Shown here piece after piece: positions 11,885-21,115 of a stretch of 64,000 nucleotides of DNA (the first letter of the stretch is position 1; every line of letters begins with the position of its first letter). Location: positions 1-64,000 of the forward strand of contig NZ_JAUOSB010000002.1 in the NCBI RefSeq assembly GCF_030548295.1, given 5' to 3'. Under the pieces are notes generated by a model, which saw only the letters and a program-made list of their open reading frames with translations, did not search any database and had not been told where the DNA came from. The translations under genes and the position numbers were made by a program. This DNA is from Wenyingzhuangia sp. 2_MG-2023. Its GTDB lineage: Bacteria; Bacteroidota; Bacteroidia; Flavobacteriales; Flavobacteriaceae.

Positions 11885-11918
11885 TCAACTGTAATCAACT
11901 GTAATCAACTGTAATCAA
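11869..11918. repeat. 10-bp microsatellite (CTGTAATCAA) x5 overlapping the RAYT stop codon
   Basis: actgtaatca repeated five times in tandem. The RAYT C-terminus (KNCNQL*) is encoded inside it. Confidence 0.9.
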
Positions 11919-12050
11919 TGGGCTTAAGCCCATTGAAATAATTAGCTAGAAAATAACGAAACTACTTCTCCATACACTTTTTTCCGCTACGTTACAAAAA
12001 GCACTCGAAGTGACTCAGGAACTAAATAACAAAACAGGTCTACAATACAA

Positions 12051-15000
12051 ATGAAAAATAACGCTATAGAACTAGAAGGAGGAACGTACGAAATCATTCA
12101 AAATCGTTTGCAAAAGCATAAAAATGATTTGGTGCTGCGTTTACAAACTCTCAACGAAAACAGAAAAGAGGTCTTTGGAGCTGTAGAAACCAAACTGATT
12201 GCCAACGATAGAATCAACACCCAAAATTCATGCATTGCTAGAGATATTGTTTCCTTAGGAAACACCTGTTTGTTAGGGTACAATGTGCATTTTGGACTAC
12301 GATCAGAAATAAAACTGGAAGATGTATTTAGCGTTTACAAATTTCAGAACAATCGCTTTCAATCTCAAGACTTGAGTTTCATCAACCAAGAGGGATTTGT
12401 TTCTGATTTTAAGAACCTTTACAAATATTACCGAAATACCTTTTTCACCAAATTCATGCTTACCGAGCAATACCTACACATGGTGTTTCAGATTGGGGAA
12501 AAAGTTGAAGACATCAAAACATTCAAATGGTTGGTAAAAGACAACCAAATTACCTACATAGACAACCGTAGTGATCACGAATATACGTTTCCAAACCAAC
12601 ACGAATTTAGATGGCAAGAGGTTACTTATGACAACTTTAGAAAAGGAAGTCATCCTCATGTTTCTATTTTAGACAAACTATTTGTAGAAGCTATTGGTGG
12701 TGATTTGACCATAAAAATAGAAGACAATTCTGAAACTGGAAAAGGGATTTATGCAGAACCTGTAGATCACAAAGATCAAACCCTAGAAGATGCAAAATAC
12801 AGATTTGCTGATTTGGGAAATATAACCGTTCTAGAAATTACGCCTTACCAAGAGACGGCTCGTTATTTTGTGTACAATCACAAAGTACAGCAAGTTTCTA
12901 GAATTCAAAGCATACAAGACACCGCTGTATTGTTGCCAGATAGTCAAGGATTGATTTTTCCTGAAGGATATTACTTACAAACAGGAACGTTTAAAAAGTT
13001 TGATCGTGTTGTTCAAAATGTCAAGTTTCAGAAAAAAATAGCTTCTTCCAACGGAGAGGATTATCTCTACGTTTTTTACGAAGAAAAAGAAGGAGATTAT
13101 GTGTTGATGCATTACAACATTATTGAACAAACCATTCACACTCCAATTGTTTGTAATGGGTATACACTTTTGGAAAATGGGGAATTGAGTTATTTCAAAT
13201 CCGAAAGTGAAGCTACCAAACACCATGTGATTCAGATTTGGCAAACTCCTTTTTCTAATAACATACAAGTAAATACAGAAAACAGTGATTCGCTCTTATT
13301 TAAAATAGGAAACAAAGACATTGTAAAAGCAATGGCTGAGTGTCAAGAAATCATCACTTTGTTAAACAAAGAAGACAATTACGATGGTTTGTATGCTGAT
13401 ATTTCCAAACAAAGCACCGATGTTTTGGATGCTTATTTTTGGATTTCAGAACCCGATACTTCTAGCTTAAATGTTCCTTTAGAAGAATTAAAATCTACCG
13501 CCAATGCTGCTATTGGTGAATTTGAAAAAGTAGTACAACTAAAGAAAATTGCGGTTGAAGCTGCCGAAAATTTAGAATCCGAAATTGCTGAACTTTTCAA
13601 CAAAATAAAACACAGTACGTTTACCTCTATTGATGATTTTGTATTGTTATTGACTAATTTAAGAGCTTCACAAGGAAACACCATTGCGCTTAGAGACATC
13701 CGTTACATTAATTTAGAACGTTTGGATGAGGTGAGTGATAGCATTAAAGAACAAACAGAACGTATTTCTAGACGATGTGTTACATTTCTATTGGATGACA
13801 AAGCTTTGATTCCTTATCAAAAAAGGATTCAAGAAAACAATGAAGTTTTAGAAACTTTGACCAAAGTAATTGAAGGGAAAAAACTAGAAAAGAACAGCAA
13901 TCAAATCAGTCACGATTTGGAACTTTTGGTAGATATTGTCAACAATTTGGACATTGAAGACACTTCTCACTCCACTAAAATTATTGACAACATCTCTTTG
14001 TTATTTGCAGAAATTAACCAACTAAAAGCAGGTATCAAAAGAAAAGTTCAAGATCTCAACAACAAAGAAAGTAAAGCCGATTTTGTTGCGCAACTAAAAC
14101 TGTTTGATCAAAGCATCATCAATTTTATAGACATTGCCAACACTCCAGAAAAATGTGACGAATACCTAACCAAACTCTCTGTTCAATTAGAAGAATTGGA
14201 AGGAAAATTTGCCGATTTTGATGAATACATCACCGAAATTATCAGCAAAAGAGAAGAAGTTTACAGTGCCTTTGAAAATAGAAAAACCAGCTTGGTAGCG
14301 GCTCGTAATAAAAAAGGAATTGCGCTACAAAGTGCTGCAGAACGCATTTTAAAAAGCATTCACAAAAAAGCGGCAACGTTTAAAAGTGAAGAAGAAATTC
14401 ACGGTTATTTTGCTTCGGATTTGATGGTGAGCAAATTGCACAACATTGTAACGCAATTGCAAGAACTAGAAGAAACGGGAAAAGCAGAAAGTCTACAAAC
14501 CAATTTAAAAACAACCAAAGAAGAAGTTATTAGAAAACTGAAAGATACTTTGGATTTGTATGAAGATGGTGAAAATGTCATCAAGTTTGGAAACCACCGA
14601 TTTGGAGTTAACAAACAACATTTAGACTTGAATATTGTCAACAAAGATGGTCGGTTGTATTTTCATTTAACGGGTACTGACTTTTACGAACTGATAGAAA
14701 ACAAAATTTTAAACAGTGCTAAAGAAATTTGGGAACAAGAATTGATTTCTGAAAACACCGAAGTTTATAGGTCTGAATATTTGGCTGCTAAAATCTATCA
14801 GAAATATGGTTTGCAAAATTTATCAAACCACACTCCAGAATCTCTGAGTGATTTGGTAAAACAAGAAAGTAACGAAAACTATACGGAAGGTTATGTAAAG
14901 GGAGTGCATGATTTGGATGCATTTGTACTTTTGAAACATTGGATTCAGACTGAAAACGATTTGAAATTACTTAGCTTCCCTCCTAGCATTCGTGCCGAAG

Positions 15001-16868
15001 CTCAATTTTTCTGGCAGGAATTGAACGGTGAAGTTCAAAAAAAATTGAATCAAAAAATAAAAGCTACAGGTGCTATTCTAAATGTATTTCCAAACGCTAC
15101 AGAATACAGCGCTTGTATAGCTGCTATTTTGGAATTGTTACCTCATAAAAATCAACATGTTGCCTATTACTTGTTTCACGAACTAAAACAAAATGATTTG
15201 TTTAGTGTTAGTCAACAAGCTTTGGATTTAAAAACAGACTTTGTTAATTATCTGCAAAGCAACAATGCTTGGCTGTCTTTTGAGCAATCGTTAAACAATT
15301 TCACAGTCCTATCAGACAAAACAGAACTGTGCACACAATGGTTGCAATCTTACTGTAGTAACGAATCAAAACATTCCACCTTTTACATTCAAGAAGCGGT
15401 AGCTTTGTTACTATTCAACAATTCTACCTTGCCTTTGTTTGTAAAAACCAACGTTCCTATCAACAATTTAAAAGGAGATCACGGAACTATTGTAAATGGA
15501 ATTTACACGTTTGAATATTTTAATTTTATTCAAAAATTAAACGATTACAACACGGCCATTGTTGCTAAATTTTTAGCGTTTAGAGAAGCTAAGAAACAAG
15601 TGATTCACCAACAGAAAAACGCTTTAAAACTAAATGAATTCAAACCAAAAGTATTGTCTTCTTTTGTTAGAAATAAATTGATCGATCAGGTCTATTTGCC
15701 TCTGTTTGGAGATAATTTATCCAAACAATTAGGAACGGTTGGAGACAACAAACGTACCGACAGAATGGGAATGTTGTTGTTAATCTCCCCTCCTGGATAT
15801 GGTAAAACTACGTTGATGGAATACATTTCTGAACGATTGGGATTGATCTTTATGAAAATAAACGGACCTGCTATTGGACACGAAATTACTTCTGTAGACC
15901 CTATGGCAGCCACCAACTCAGCCACCAAACAAGAGTTAGAAAAACTGAACTTGGCGTTTGAAATGGGAAACAATGTAATGTTATATTTGGATGATATTCA
16001 ACATTGCAATCCTGAGTTTTTACAGAAATTTATTTCACTGGCCGATGGACAACGTAAAATAGAAGGAGTTTACAAAGGAAACACCAAAACCTACGATTTT
16101 AAAGACAAGAAATTCTGTGTAATTATGGCCGGAAACCCTTATACAGAAAGTGGTGACAAATTTAGAATTCCAGACATGTTGGCCAACAGAGCTGATATTT
16201 ACAACTTGGGAGATGTGATTGGAGAAACTGCTGATTTGTTCAGAATGAGTTTGATTGAAAATGCACTAACCGCTAATGACACTCTTAGACAATTGAGCAG
16301 TAAAAATTTTGACGATTTGTACACTTTGGTAAATCATATAGAACAAAACAGTTCAGAAAGTTTGAACTTGAAAGGAAACCACACCCAACAAGAAATCAAC
16401 GATTATATTTCTGTATTGCAAAAAGTGATTGTTTTGAGAAATACTGTGGTAAAAGTGAACGAGCAATACATAAAATCTGCAGCGATGGAAGATGCTTACA
16501 GAACCGAACCGAGTTTTAAACTACAAGGTTCTTATCGTGATATGGGGAAATTAACAGCCAAAGTAGTACCAATCATGAACGATAAAGAGTTGGATTCTCT
16601 GCTATTAAGTCACTACGAAAGTGAATCACAAACCTTAACCTCAGCAGCCGAAGCCAATTTGTTAAAATACAAAGAAATGACCAAATCTCTGACAGAAGAA
16701 GAAACCGAGCGTTGGGAAAAAATGAAAGAAACCTTTGTAAAAAACAACAAGTTGAAAGGTTTTGGAAATCAGAATGAAATGGCTCAGGTTTTGCAACAAA
16801 TGATGGAGTTCTCTGATAATTTAGAGGGAATTAAAAACGTACTGAAAAATGGATTTGGCAAAAACTAA
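12051..16868 (+). CDS. Giant (1605 aa) cytoplasmic protein with a C-terminal MoxR/AAA_5-type AAA+ ATPase domain; the N-terminal ~1200 aa have no domain I can assign
   Basis: Single uninterrupted 4.8-kb ORF in AT-rich DNA. Walker A ISPPGYGKTTL (near nt 15790), Walker B VMLYLDD, and sensor/arginine region GNPYTESGDKFRIPDMLANRADIY typical of AAA_5/MoxR. The N-terminal third is beta-rich, the middle is long helical/coiled coil, and there is no signal peptide. Confidence 0.6.
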   Translation: MKNNAIELEGGTYEIIQNRLQKHKNDLVLRLQTLNENRKEVFGAVETKLIANDRINTQNSCIARDIVSLGNTCLLGYNVHFGLRSEIKLEDVFSVYKFQNNRFQSQDLSFINQEGFVSDFKNLYKYYRNTFFTKFMLTEQYLHMVFQIGEKVEDIKTFKWLVKDNQITYIDNRSDHEYTFPNQHEFRWQEVTYDNFRKGSHPHVSILDKLFVEAIGGDLTIKIEDNSETGKGIYAEPVDHKDQTLEDAKYRFADLGNITVLEITPYQETARYFVYNHKVQQVSRIQSIQDTAVLLPDSQGLIFPEGYYLQTGTFKKFDRVVQNVKFQKKIASSNGEDYLYVFYEEKEGDYVLMHYNIIEQTIHTPIVCNGYTLLENGELSYFKSESEATKHHVIQIWQTPFSNNIQVNTENSDSLLFKIGNKDIVKAMAECQEIITLLNKEDNYDGLYADISKQSTDVLDAYFWISEPDTSSLNVPLEELKSTANAAIGEFEKVVQLKKIAVEAAENLESEIAELFNKIKHSTFTSIDDFVLLLTNLRASQGNTIALRDIRYINLERLDEVSDSIKEQTERISRRCVTFLLDDKALIPYQKRIQENNEVLETLTKVIEGKKLEKNSNQISHDLELLVDIVNNLDIEDTSHSTKIIDNISLLFAEINQLKAGIKRKVQDLNNKESKADFVAQLKLFDQSIINFIDIANTPEKCDEYLTKLSVQLEELEGKFADFDEYITEIISKREEVYSAFENRKTSLVAARNKKGIALQSAAERILKSIHKKAATFKSEEEIHGYFASDLMVSKLHNIVTQLQELEETGKAESLQTNLKTTKEEVIRKLKDTLDLYEDGENVIKFGNHRFGVNKQHLDLNIVNKDGRLYFHLTGTDFYELIENKILNSAKEIWEQELISENTEVYRSEYLAAKIYQKYGLQNLSNHTPESLSDLVKQESNENYTEGYVKGVHDLDAFVLLKHWIQTENDLKLLSFPPSIRAEAQFFWQELNGEVQKKLNQKIKATGAILNVFPNATEYSACIAAILELLPHKNQHVAYYLFHELKQNDLFSVSQQALDLKTDFVNYLQSNNAWLSFEQSLNNFTVLSDKTELCTQWLQSYCSNESKHSTFYIQEAVALLLFNNSTLPLFVKTNVPINNLKGDHGTIVNGIYTFEYFNFIQKLNDYNTAIVAKFLAFREAKKQVIHQQKNALKLNEFKPKVLSSFVRNKLIDQVYLPLFGDNLSKQLGTVGDNKRTDRMGMLLLISPPGYGKTTLMEYISERLGLIFMKINGPAIGHEITSVDPMAATNSATKQELEKLNLAFEMGNNVMLYLDDIQHCNPEFLQKFISLADGQRKIEGVYKGNTKTYDFKDKKFCVIMAGNPYTESGDKFRIPDMLANRADIYNLGDVIGETADLFRMSLIENALTANDTLRQLSSKNFDDLYTLVNHIEQNSSESLNLKGNHTQQEINDYISVLQKVIVLRNTVVKVNEQYIKSAAMEDAYRTEPSFKLQGSYRDMGKLTAKVVPIMNDKELDSLLLSHYESESQTLTSAAEANLLKYKEMTKSLTEEETERWEKMKETFVKNNKLKGFGNQNEMAQVLQQMMEFSDNLEGIKNVLKNGFGKN

Positions 16869-16883
16869 GAAATAAAAAACACT

Positions 16884-17435
16884 ATGGGAATATTTGACTT
16901 TTTTAAGAAGAAAGAAACCGAAAGACACTTTGATCCTTTGAACATTAAAGTAGCTGATTTGGAAAAAAACTACTTGCTAGATTACCAGTTTGAAACTTGG
17001 ACTGTAGCTGCTATGTTTGAATACGACTGGGGAAATAATTATTTTACCCGAGAGTATACGTTGGTCAACGGCAAAAAAAAGAAATATTTAGAAATAGAAG
17101 ACGATGGAGGTATTATTTTAACAATGTCTGAAGGTCTAAAATTGAGAAAATTAGGAGACGATGTAACCGATCATATAGACCGTAACAACGAGCCGCCTAA
17201 AAAAATTGTTTACGAAGGTGTACTTTACTACTTAGATGAAAAGAGTCCAGGTTACAGCAGAAATGTAGACAATGAAAATTGGGAAGAGTTGATTTCCTTT
17301 GATTATCTTGACGATGAAGAAGAAAAAACCTTGTGCATTACCCAATATGGGGAGCATGAATTTGAAGCTTGTAGAGGAATCATTATTAAAGAAAGAGACA
17401 TTAGCAATATATTGCCCTCACAACAAGATAATTAA
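16884..17435 (+). CDS. DUF4178-like cytoplasmic protein (tentative)
   Basis: 183 aa, acidic, beta-rich (YQFETWTVAAMFEYDWGNNYF...LEIEDDGGIIL). Lies 15 bp after the giant gene. Its size and its position next to DUF350 and a spermidine-synthase-like gene fit DUF4178 neighbourhoods. Confidence 0.35.
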   Translation: MGIFDFFKKKETERHFDPLNIKVADLEKNYLLDYQFETWTVAAMFEYDWGNNYFTREYTLVNGKKKKYLEIEDDGGIILTMSEGLKLRKLGDDVTDHIDRNNEPPKKIVYEGVLYYLDEKSPGYSRNVDNENWEELISFDYLDDEEEKTLCITQYGEHEFEACRGIIIKERDISNILPSQQDN

Positions 17436-17457
17436 TTAAATTTGAAAAAAATCAACT

Positions 17458-18255
17458 ATGAAGTTTTTTAAAACCTTTAGCATTCTGCTCATCACCCTAA
17501 TAGTCGTTTCTTGTGGCTCTGAGAAAAAACCGTACGTAAAATCTCCTTTAGATGTAATTGTAACAACGTACATAGACCAGCAAAATTATAGCGTGATTCT
17601 GGCTGACATGAATTACGAAGAAAGCAACGATTCCTATTTTCACAAATATCGAATTGTAATTCCTAAAACAGCCACTCCTACAGGTTCTGAAAACGATTTT
17701 GAAATCATCAACACCGATTGGAAAAAAGTTTCTCTTCTTGTGTTTGAGCAGCATCAAAACGATTTAGGAATGACGGTACTTTCTAAAAAAAATGGCGTTT
17801 TAGACAAAAAAACAGCTCCTGCAGGTTATGACAATTATGTAGGGAACAAAAAATACGGACAATGGCAAACTAGCTCTAACGGAACATCATTTTGGGCATT
17901 TTACGGTCAATATGCGTTCATGCGTTCTATGTTAGGATGGGGATCTGGATACCGATACTACCGAGATGATTACAATTATTACAACAGCTACAGAGGTCGT
18001 CAAAACTACTATGGTAGAAACAATTCATTTGGAACCAACAACTACAAAAGCAACACTTCTACTTGGGCAAACAAACCACAAAGCTTTAAACAAAAAGTAC
18101 AAAGCAAAGTAAAAAAGAGTGCTGCTACTCTTAAATCAAAATCGTATTCTTCGGGAAGTAGTTATGGAAATAGCTCTCAAAAAACGACCAGAAGTACCAG
18201 TAGATACAGCAACAGTTCGTCTTCTAGATCTCGCAGTGGAGGATTTGGAAAATAA
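17458..18255 (+). CDS. Lipoprotein with a low-complexity Y/N/S/R/G-rich C-terminal tail
   Basis: 265 aa. Lipobox LIVVSCGS. The C-terminal ~130 aa are YRYYRDDYNYYNSYRGRQNYYGRNNSFGTNNY...SSSSRSRSGGFGK. May correspond to YjfM/DUF1190-type lipoproteins (inference). Confidence 0.45.
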   Translation: MKFFKTFSILLITLIVVSCGSEKKPYVKSPLDVIVTTYIDQQNYSVILADMNYEESNDSYFHKYRIVIPKTATPTGSENDFEIINTDWKKVSLLVFEQHQNDLGMTVLSKKNGVLDKKTAPAGYDNYVGNKKYGQWQTSSNGTSFWAFYGQYAFMRSMLGWGSGYRYYRDDYNYYNSYRGRQNYYGRNNSFGTNNYKSNTSTWANKPQSFKQKVQSKVKKSAATLKSKSYSSGSSYGNSSQKTTRSTSRYSNSSSSRSRSGGFGK

Positions 18256-18284
18256 CACAAACAACAACGTTAAAAAACATTGAC

Positions 18285-19154
18285 ATGAACGAATATATTG
18301 ATTTTACCGAATTGTTAAACTCCGGAGGGTACGTACTTACTGGATTGCTGATATTCATCCTTGGAAAAATCCTTTTCAAATTAACGCACTCCAAAATCAA
18401 CATTCAACATGAATTGGTAGAAAAAGACAATTTTGCTTTTATCATTTCTTATGTAGGTTATTTTGTAGGATTGCTCATTACTATTGGAGGTAGTATTGTG
18501 GGAGAAAGTTATGGTTTTTGGATAGACATAGAACATATTTTTATTTATGGAATTCTTTCCATTCTCTTGCTTCAAGTTTCTTCATTTTTAGGAAACAAAC
18601 TCATCTTGCCTAAGTTTGATTTGAAAAAAGAAATTATTGAGGATCAAAATGAAGGTACTGGAATTATTGAAGCCATCATCTACATTGTAAACGGATTGAT
18701 TTTATACGGTGCTTTGTTGGGAGAATCGGAAACGTTAACTGAGGGAATCCTAACTTTTGTGGTGTATTGGGCAATTGGAAATGTAATGTTGATCATCACT
18801 TCTAAAATTTACACTCTTTGGCTGAATTACAACATTCACCAAGAAATAGAAAAAGACAATGTAGCTGCAGGAATTGCATTTTCAGGTGCTATTTTGGCTA
18901 TTGGAATCATTATTATGAATGCGTTGATTGCTCCTTTTATAGATTGGACAACTACTTTGGTTGATGTTTCTGTGCAAATGGTGGTTGCTTCTTTATTGTT
19001 GCCAATCATGCGTTTTTTTGCCGACAACATTCTTTTGCCAGGACAAAAATTAACGGATGAAATTGTGAATCAAGAAAAACCAAATTTAGGTGCAGGATTG
19101 GTAGAGGCTTTTGCTTACGCAGGATCTGCAGTTTTGATTTCTTGGTGCTTTTAA
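18285..19154 (+). CDS. DUF350 (YjfL-like) inner-membrane protein, tandem DUF350 repeats
   Basis: 289 aa, about 8 TM helices. The motif ...NVAAGIAFSGAILAIGIIIMNALIAP... matches E. coli YjfL NTAASLAFSGTLLG...; a second copy is at ...NEGTGIIEAIIYIVNGLILYGALL. Confidence 0.7.
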   Translation: MNEYIDFTELLNSGGYVLTGLLIFILGKILFKLTHSKINIQHELVEKDNFAFIISYVGYFVGLLITIGGSIVGESYGFWIDIEHIFIYGILSILLLQVSSFLGNKLILPKFDLKKEIIEDQNEGTGIIEAIIYIVNGLILYGALLGESETLTEGILTFVVYWAIGNVMLIITSKIYTLWLNYNIHQEIEKDNVAAGIAFSGAILAIGIIIMNALIAPFIDWTTTLVDVSVQMVVASLLLPIMRFFADNILLPGQKLTDEIVNQEKPNLGAGLVEAFAYAGSAVLISWCF

Positions 19155-19316
19155 TTTGATCAATTGTTGATTTATTTGCATCTCTTAAATTATTTAAAAT
19201 ACACAGCACTGTTCTTTACTATTTTACCCCCTATTTTGATACTGACACATAAAGTAGAAAATGGAATAAAGTAACGAGAGAATTCATTATACAAAACAGC
19301 TAAAAGCATTAAAAAA

Positions 19317-20864
19317 TTGAACTTTCTTAAAAAAAATTCATTCGTACTAAAAGCAGCAATTTTTGCTACAGGATTTGCAGGTATTGTAGCAGAGTATATC
19401 TTATCTACACTAGCTACTTATTTTATAGGAAACTCCATTTTTCAATGGACTATGATTGTTTCCTTAATGCTTTTTTGCATGGGATTGGGAAGCCGATTGA
19501 GTAAAATGATTACCAAAAATTTAATTCAGAATTTTCTACTTCTAGAAGCTTCTTTGTCTATTTTAGTCGCTTTCTCATCTGTTTTGGTCTACACATTGGC
19601 CTCTTTTACAGAACTATATACAGCAGTTATTTACTTATTGAGTATGATGATTGGATTGCTAATTGGATTGGAAATTCCACTTGTGGTTAGAATCAATAAG
19701 GAATACGAAGATTTAAAAAGCAACATTTCTTCTATTTTAGAAAAAGACTATTACGGTAGTTTGTTGGGTGGAGTCTTTTTTGCTTTTATTGGTTTGCCCA
19801 TTTTAGGATTGACCTATACTCCTTTTGTGCTGGGAATCATCAACTTTTTAGTAGCTTTGATTGTTTTGTTCCGTTTTAAAGACAAAATAAAAAACGCCCC
19901 ATTTGTAAAAATGCAACTTATTTTAGGAACCGTATTTGTCATTATTATTGGAGGAGTATTTGTAACGCAACCCATCATTCAGTGGGGAGAACAAAAAAAA
20001 TACAAAGACAAAGTAATATTATCTGAACAAACCAAATACCAAAAAATTGTATTGACCGAATGGAAAAATGAAAATTGGCTGTACTTAAACGGAAACTTAC
20101 AATTCTGTTCTATTGATGAAAAAATGTACCACGAACCTTTGGTGCATCCTATCATGAACTTGCATCAACATCCGCAAAAAATCCTAATTTTAGGAGGTGG
20201 TGACGGTTGTGCTGTTCGTGAAATTTTAAAATATCCTTCTGTAGAAAAAATAGATTTGGTGGATTTGGACCCTAAAATGACTGATTTAGGAAAAAACCAT
20301 CCTGTATTGCTAAAAAACAATTTAGGAAGCCTAAACTCCAAAAAAGTGACCATTTACAACCAAGATGCCTACATTTATTTGGAACAAAACAACACGGATT
20401 TTTACGACATTATAATATCCGATTTGCCCGATCCTAGAAACATAGAATTGGGAAGATTGTATTCCCGTGAATTTTACACGCTTTGTTACCGAAAATTAAG
20501 ACCCAATGGTTTGATAATTACCCAAGCCGGAAGTCCTTATTTTGCCACCAAAGCGTACCAATGTATAGACAAAACTATTACCGCCAGTGGTTTTACTACA
20601 GCAAAACTACACAACCAAGTATTGTCTATGGGAGAATGGGGTTGGATTTTAGGAAGCAAACAATCCATAGATAAAAAGATGTTAAAGCAACGTTTGCAGT
20701 CTTTGCATTTTAAAAACACAAACTGGATCAACCATGAAGCAATGTTGCTCATTACTTCTTTTGGAAAAGATTTTTATAAAGTAAAAGACAGCGTTGGAGT
20801 AAACGAAGTACACAATCCTGTTTTGTACAATTATTATTTAAAAGGAAATTGGGATCTTTATTAA
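19317..20864 (+). CDS. Polyamine aminopropyltransferase (spermidine-synthase family) fused to an N-terminal multi-TM domain
   Basis: 515 aa. The C-terminal domain has ILILGGGDGCAVREIL...VDLVDLDP...DIIISDLPDP (SAM/dcSAM-binding Rossmann fold, SpeE-type). The N-terminus has about 7 TM helices. The only in-frame start before the conserved first TM is TTG at 19317, with no upstream ATG, so the start is uncertain. Confidence 0.75.
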   Translation: MNFLKKNSFVLKAAIFATGFAGIVAEYILSTLATYFIGNSIFQWTMIVSLMLFCMGLGSRLSKMITKNLIQNFLLLEASLSILVAFSSVLVYTLASFTELYTAVIYLLSMMIGLLIGLEIPLVVRINKEYEDLKSNISSILEKDYYGSLLGGVFFAFIGLPILGLTYTPFVLGIINFLVALIVLFRFKDKIKNAPFVKMQLILGTVFVIIIGGVFVTQPIIQWGEQKKYKDKVILSEQTKYQKIVLTEWKNENWLYLNGNLQFCSIDEKMYHEPLVHPIMNLHQHPQKILILGGGDGCAVREILKYPSVEKIDLVDLDPKMTDLGKNHPVLLKNNLGSLNSKKVTIYNQDAYIYLEQNNTDFYDIIISDLPDPRNIELGRLYSREFYTLCYRKLRPNGLIITQAGSPYFATKAYQCIDKTITASGFTTAKLHNQVLSMGEWGWILGSKQSIDKKMLKQRLQSLHFKNTNWINHEAMLLITSFGKDFYKVKDSVGVNEVHNPVLYNYYLKGNWDLY

Positions 20865-20866
20865 AA

Positions 20867-21115
20867 ATGGTCATCGAGCGAAGTCGAGATGCAATTAAAA
20901 ACAATGAATTCAACTATTAAAAAGTAGAAATAACATCAATAAAACCATCATTAAAAAATGATCATTGAGCGGAGTCGAGATGCAATTAAAAACAATGAAT
21001 TCAACTTATAAAAAGTAGAAACAACATCAACAAAACCATCATTTAAAATGGTCATCGAGCGGAGTCGAGATGCAATTACAAACAATGAATTCAACTTATA
21101 AAAAAATAGAAGCTA
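20867..21115 (+). repeat. ~90-bp tandem repeat (about 2.7 copies) duplicating the speH RBS/start region; copies 1 and 2 encode stop-truncated 12-codon mini-ORFs
   Basis: Units start at 20867, 20958 and 21048. Each contains ATGCAATTA[A/C]AAACAATGAATTCAACT.. Copies 1-2 read MQLKTMNST[I/Y]KK then TAG. Copy 3 reads through into speH. Confidence 0.85.

Larger units (their letters stand above)
11311..11935 (+). mobile_element. REP-associated tyrosine transposase (RAYT) unit flanked by REP-like palindromes
   Basis: Left palindrome cccaaggggcttaagccctttggg (11311-11334). Right perfect 20-bp palindrome caatgggcttaagcccattg (11916-11935). Both carry the GGGCTTAAGCCC core. The RAYT gene lies between them. 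Confidence 0.7.

Noticed and set aside
21070-21084. Upstream ATG as the speH start (ORF track start)
   Set aside because: That ATG is part of the repeated leader. The copies that carry it terminate after 12 codons. The Met at 21085 gives an N-terminus that aligns better to SpeH (..NHQFWTDC). Both remain possible.
20867-21115. Possible CRISPR array, given the regular ~90-bp periodicity
   Set aside because: The units are near-identical throughout. There are no unique spacers, no cas genes are nearby, and the repeats are coding-leader-like.
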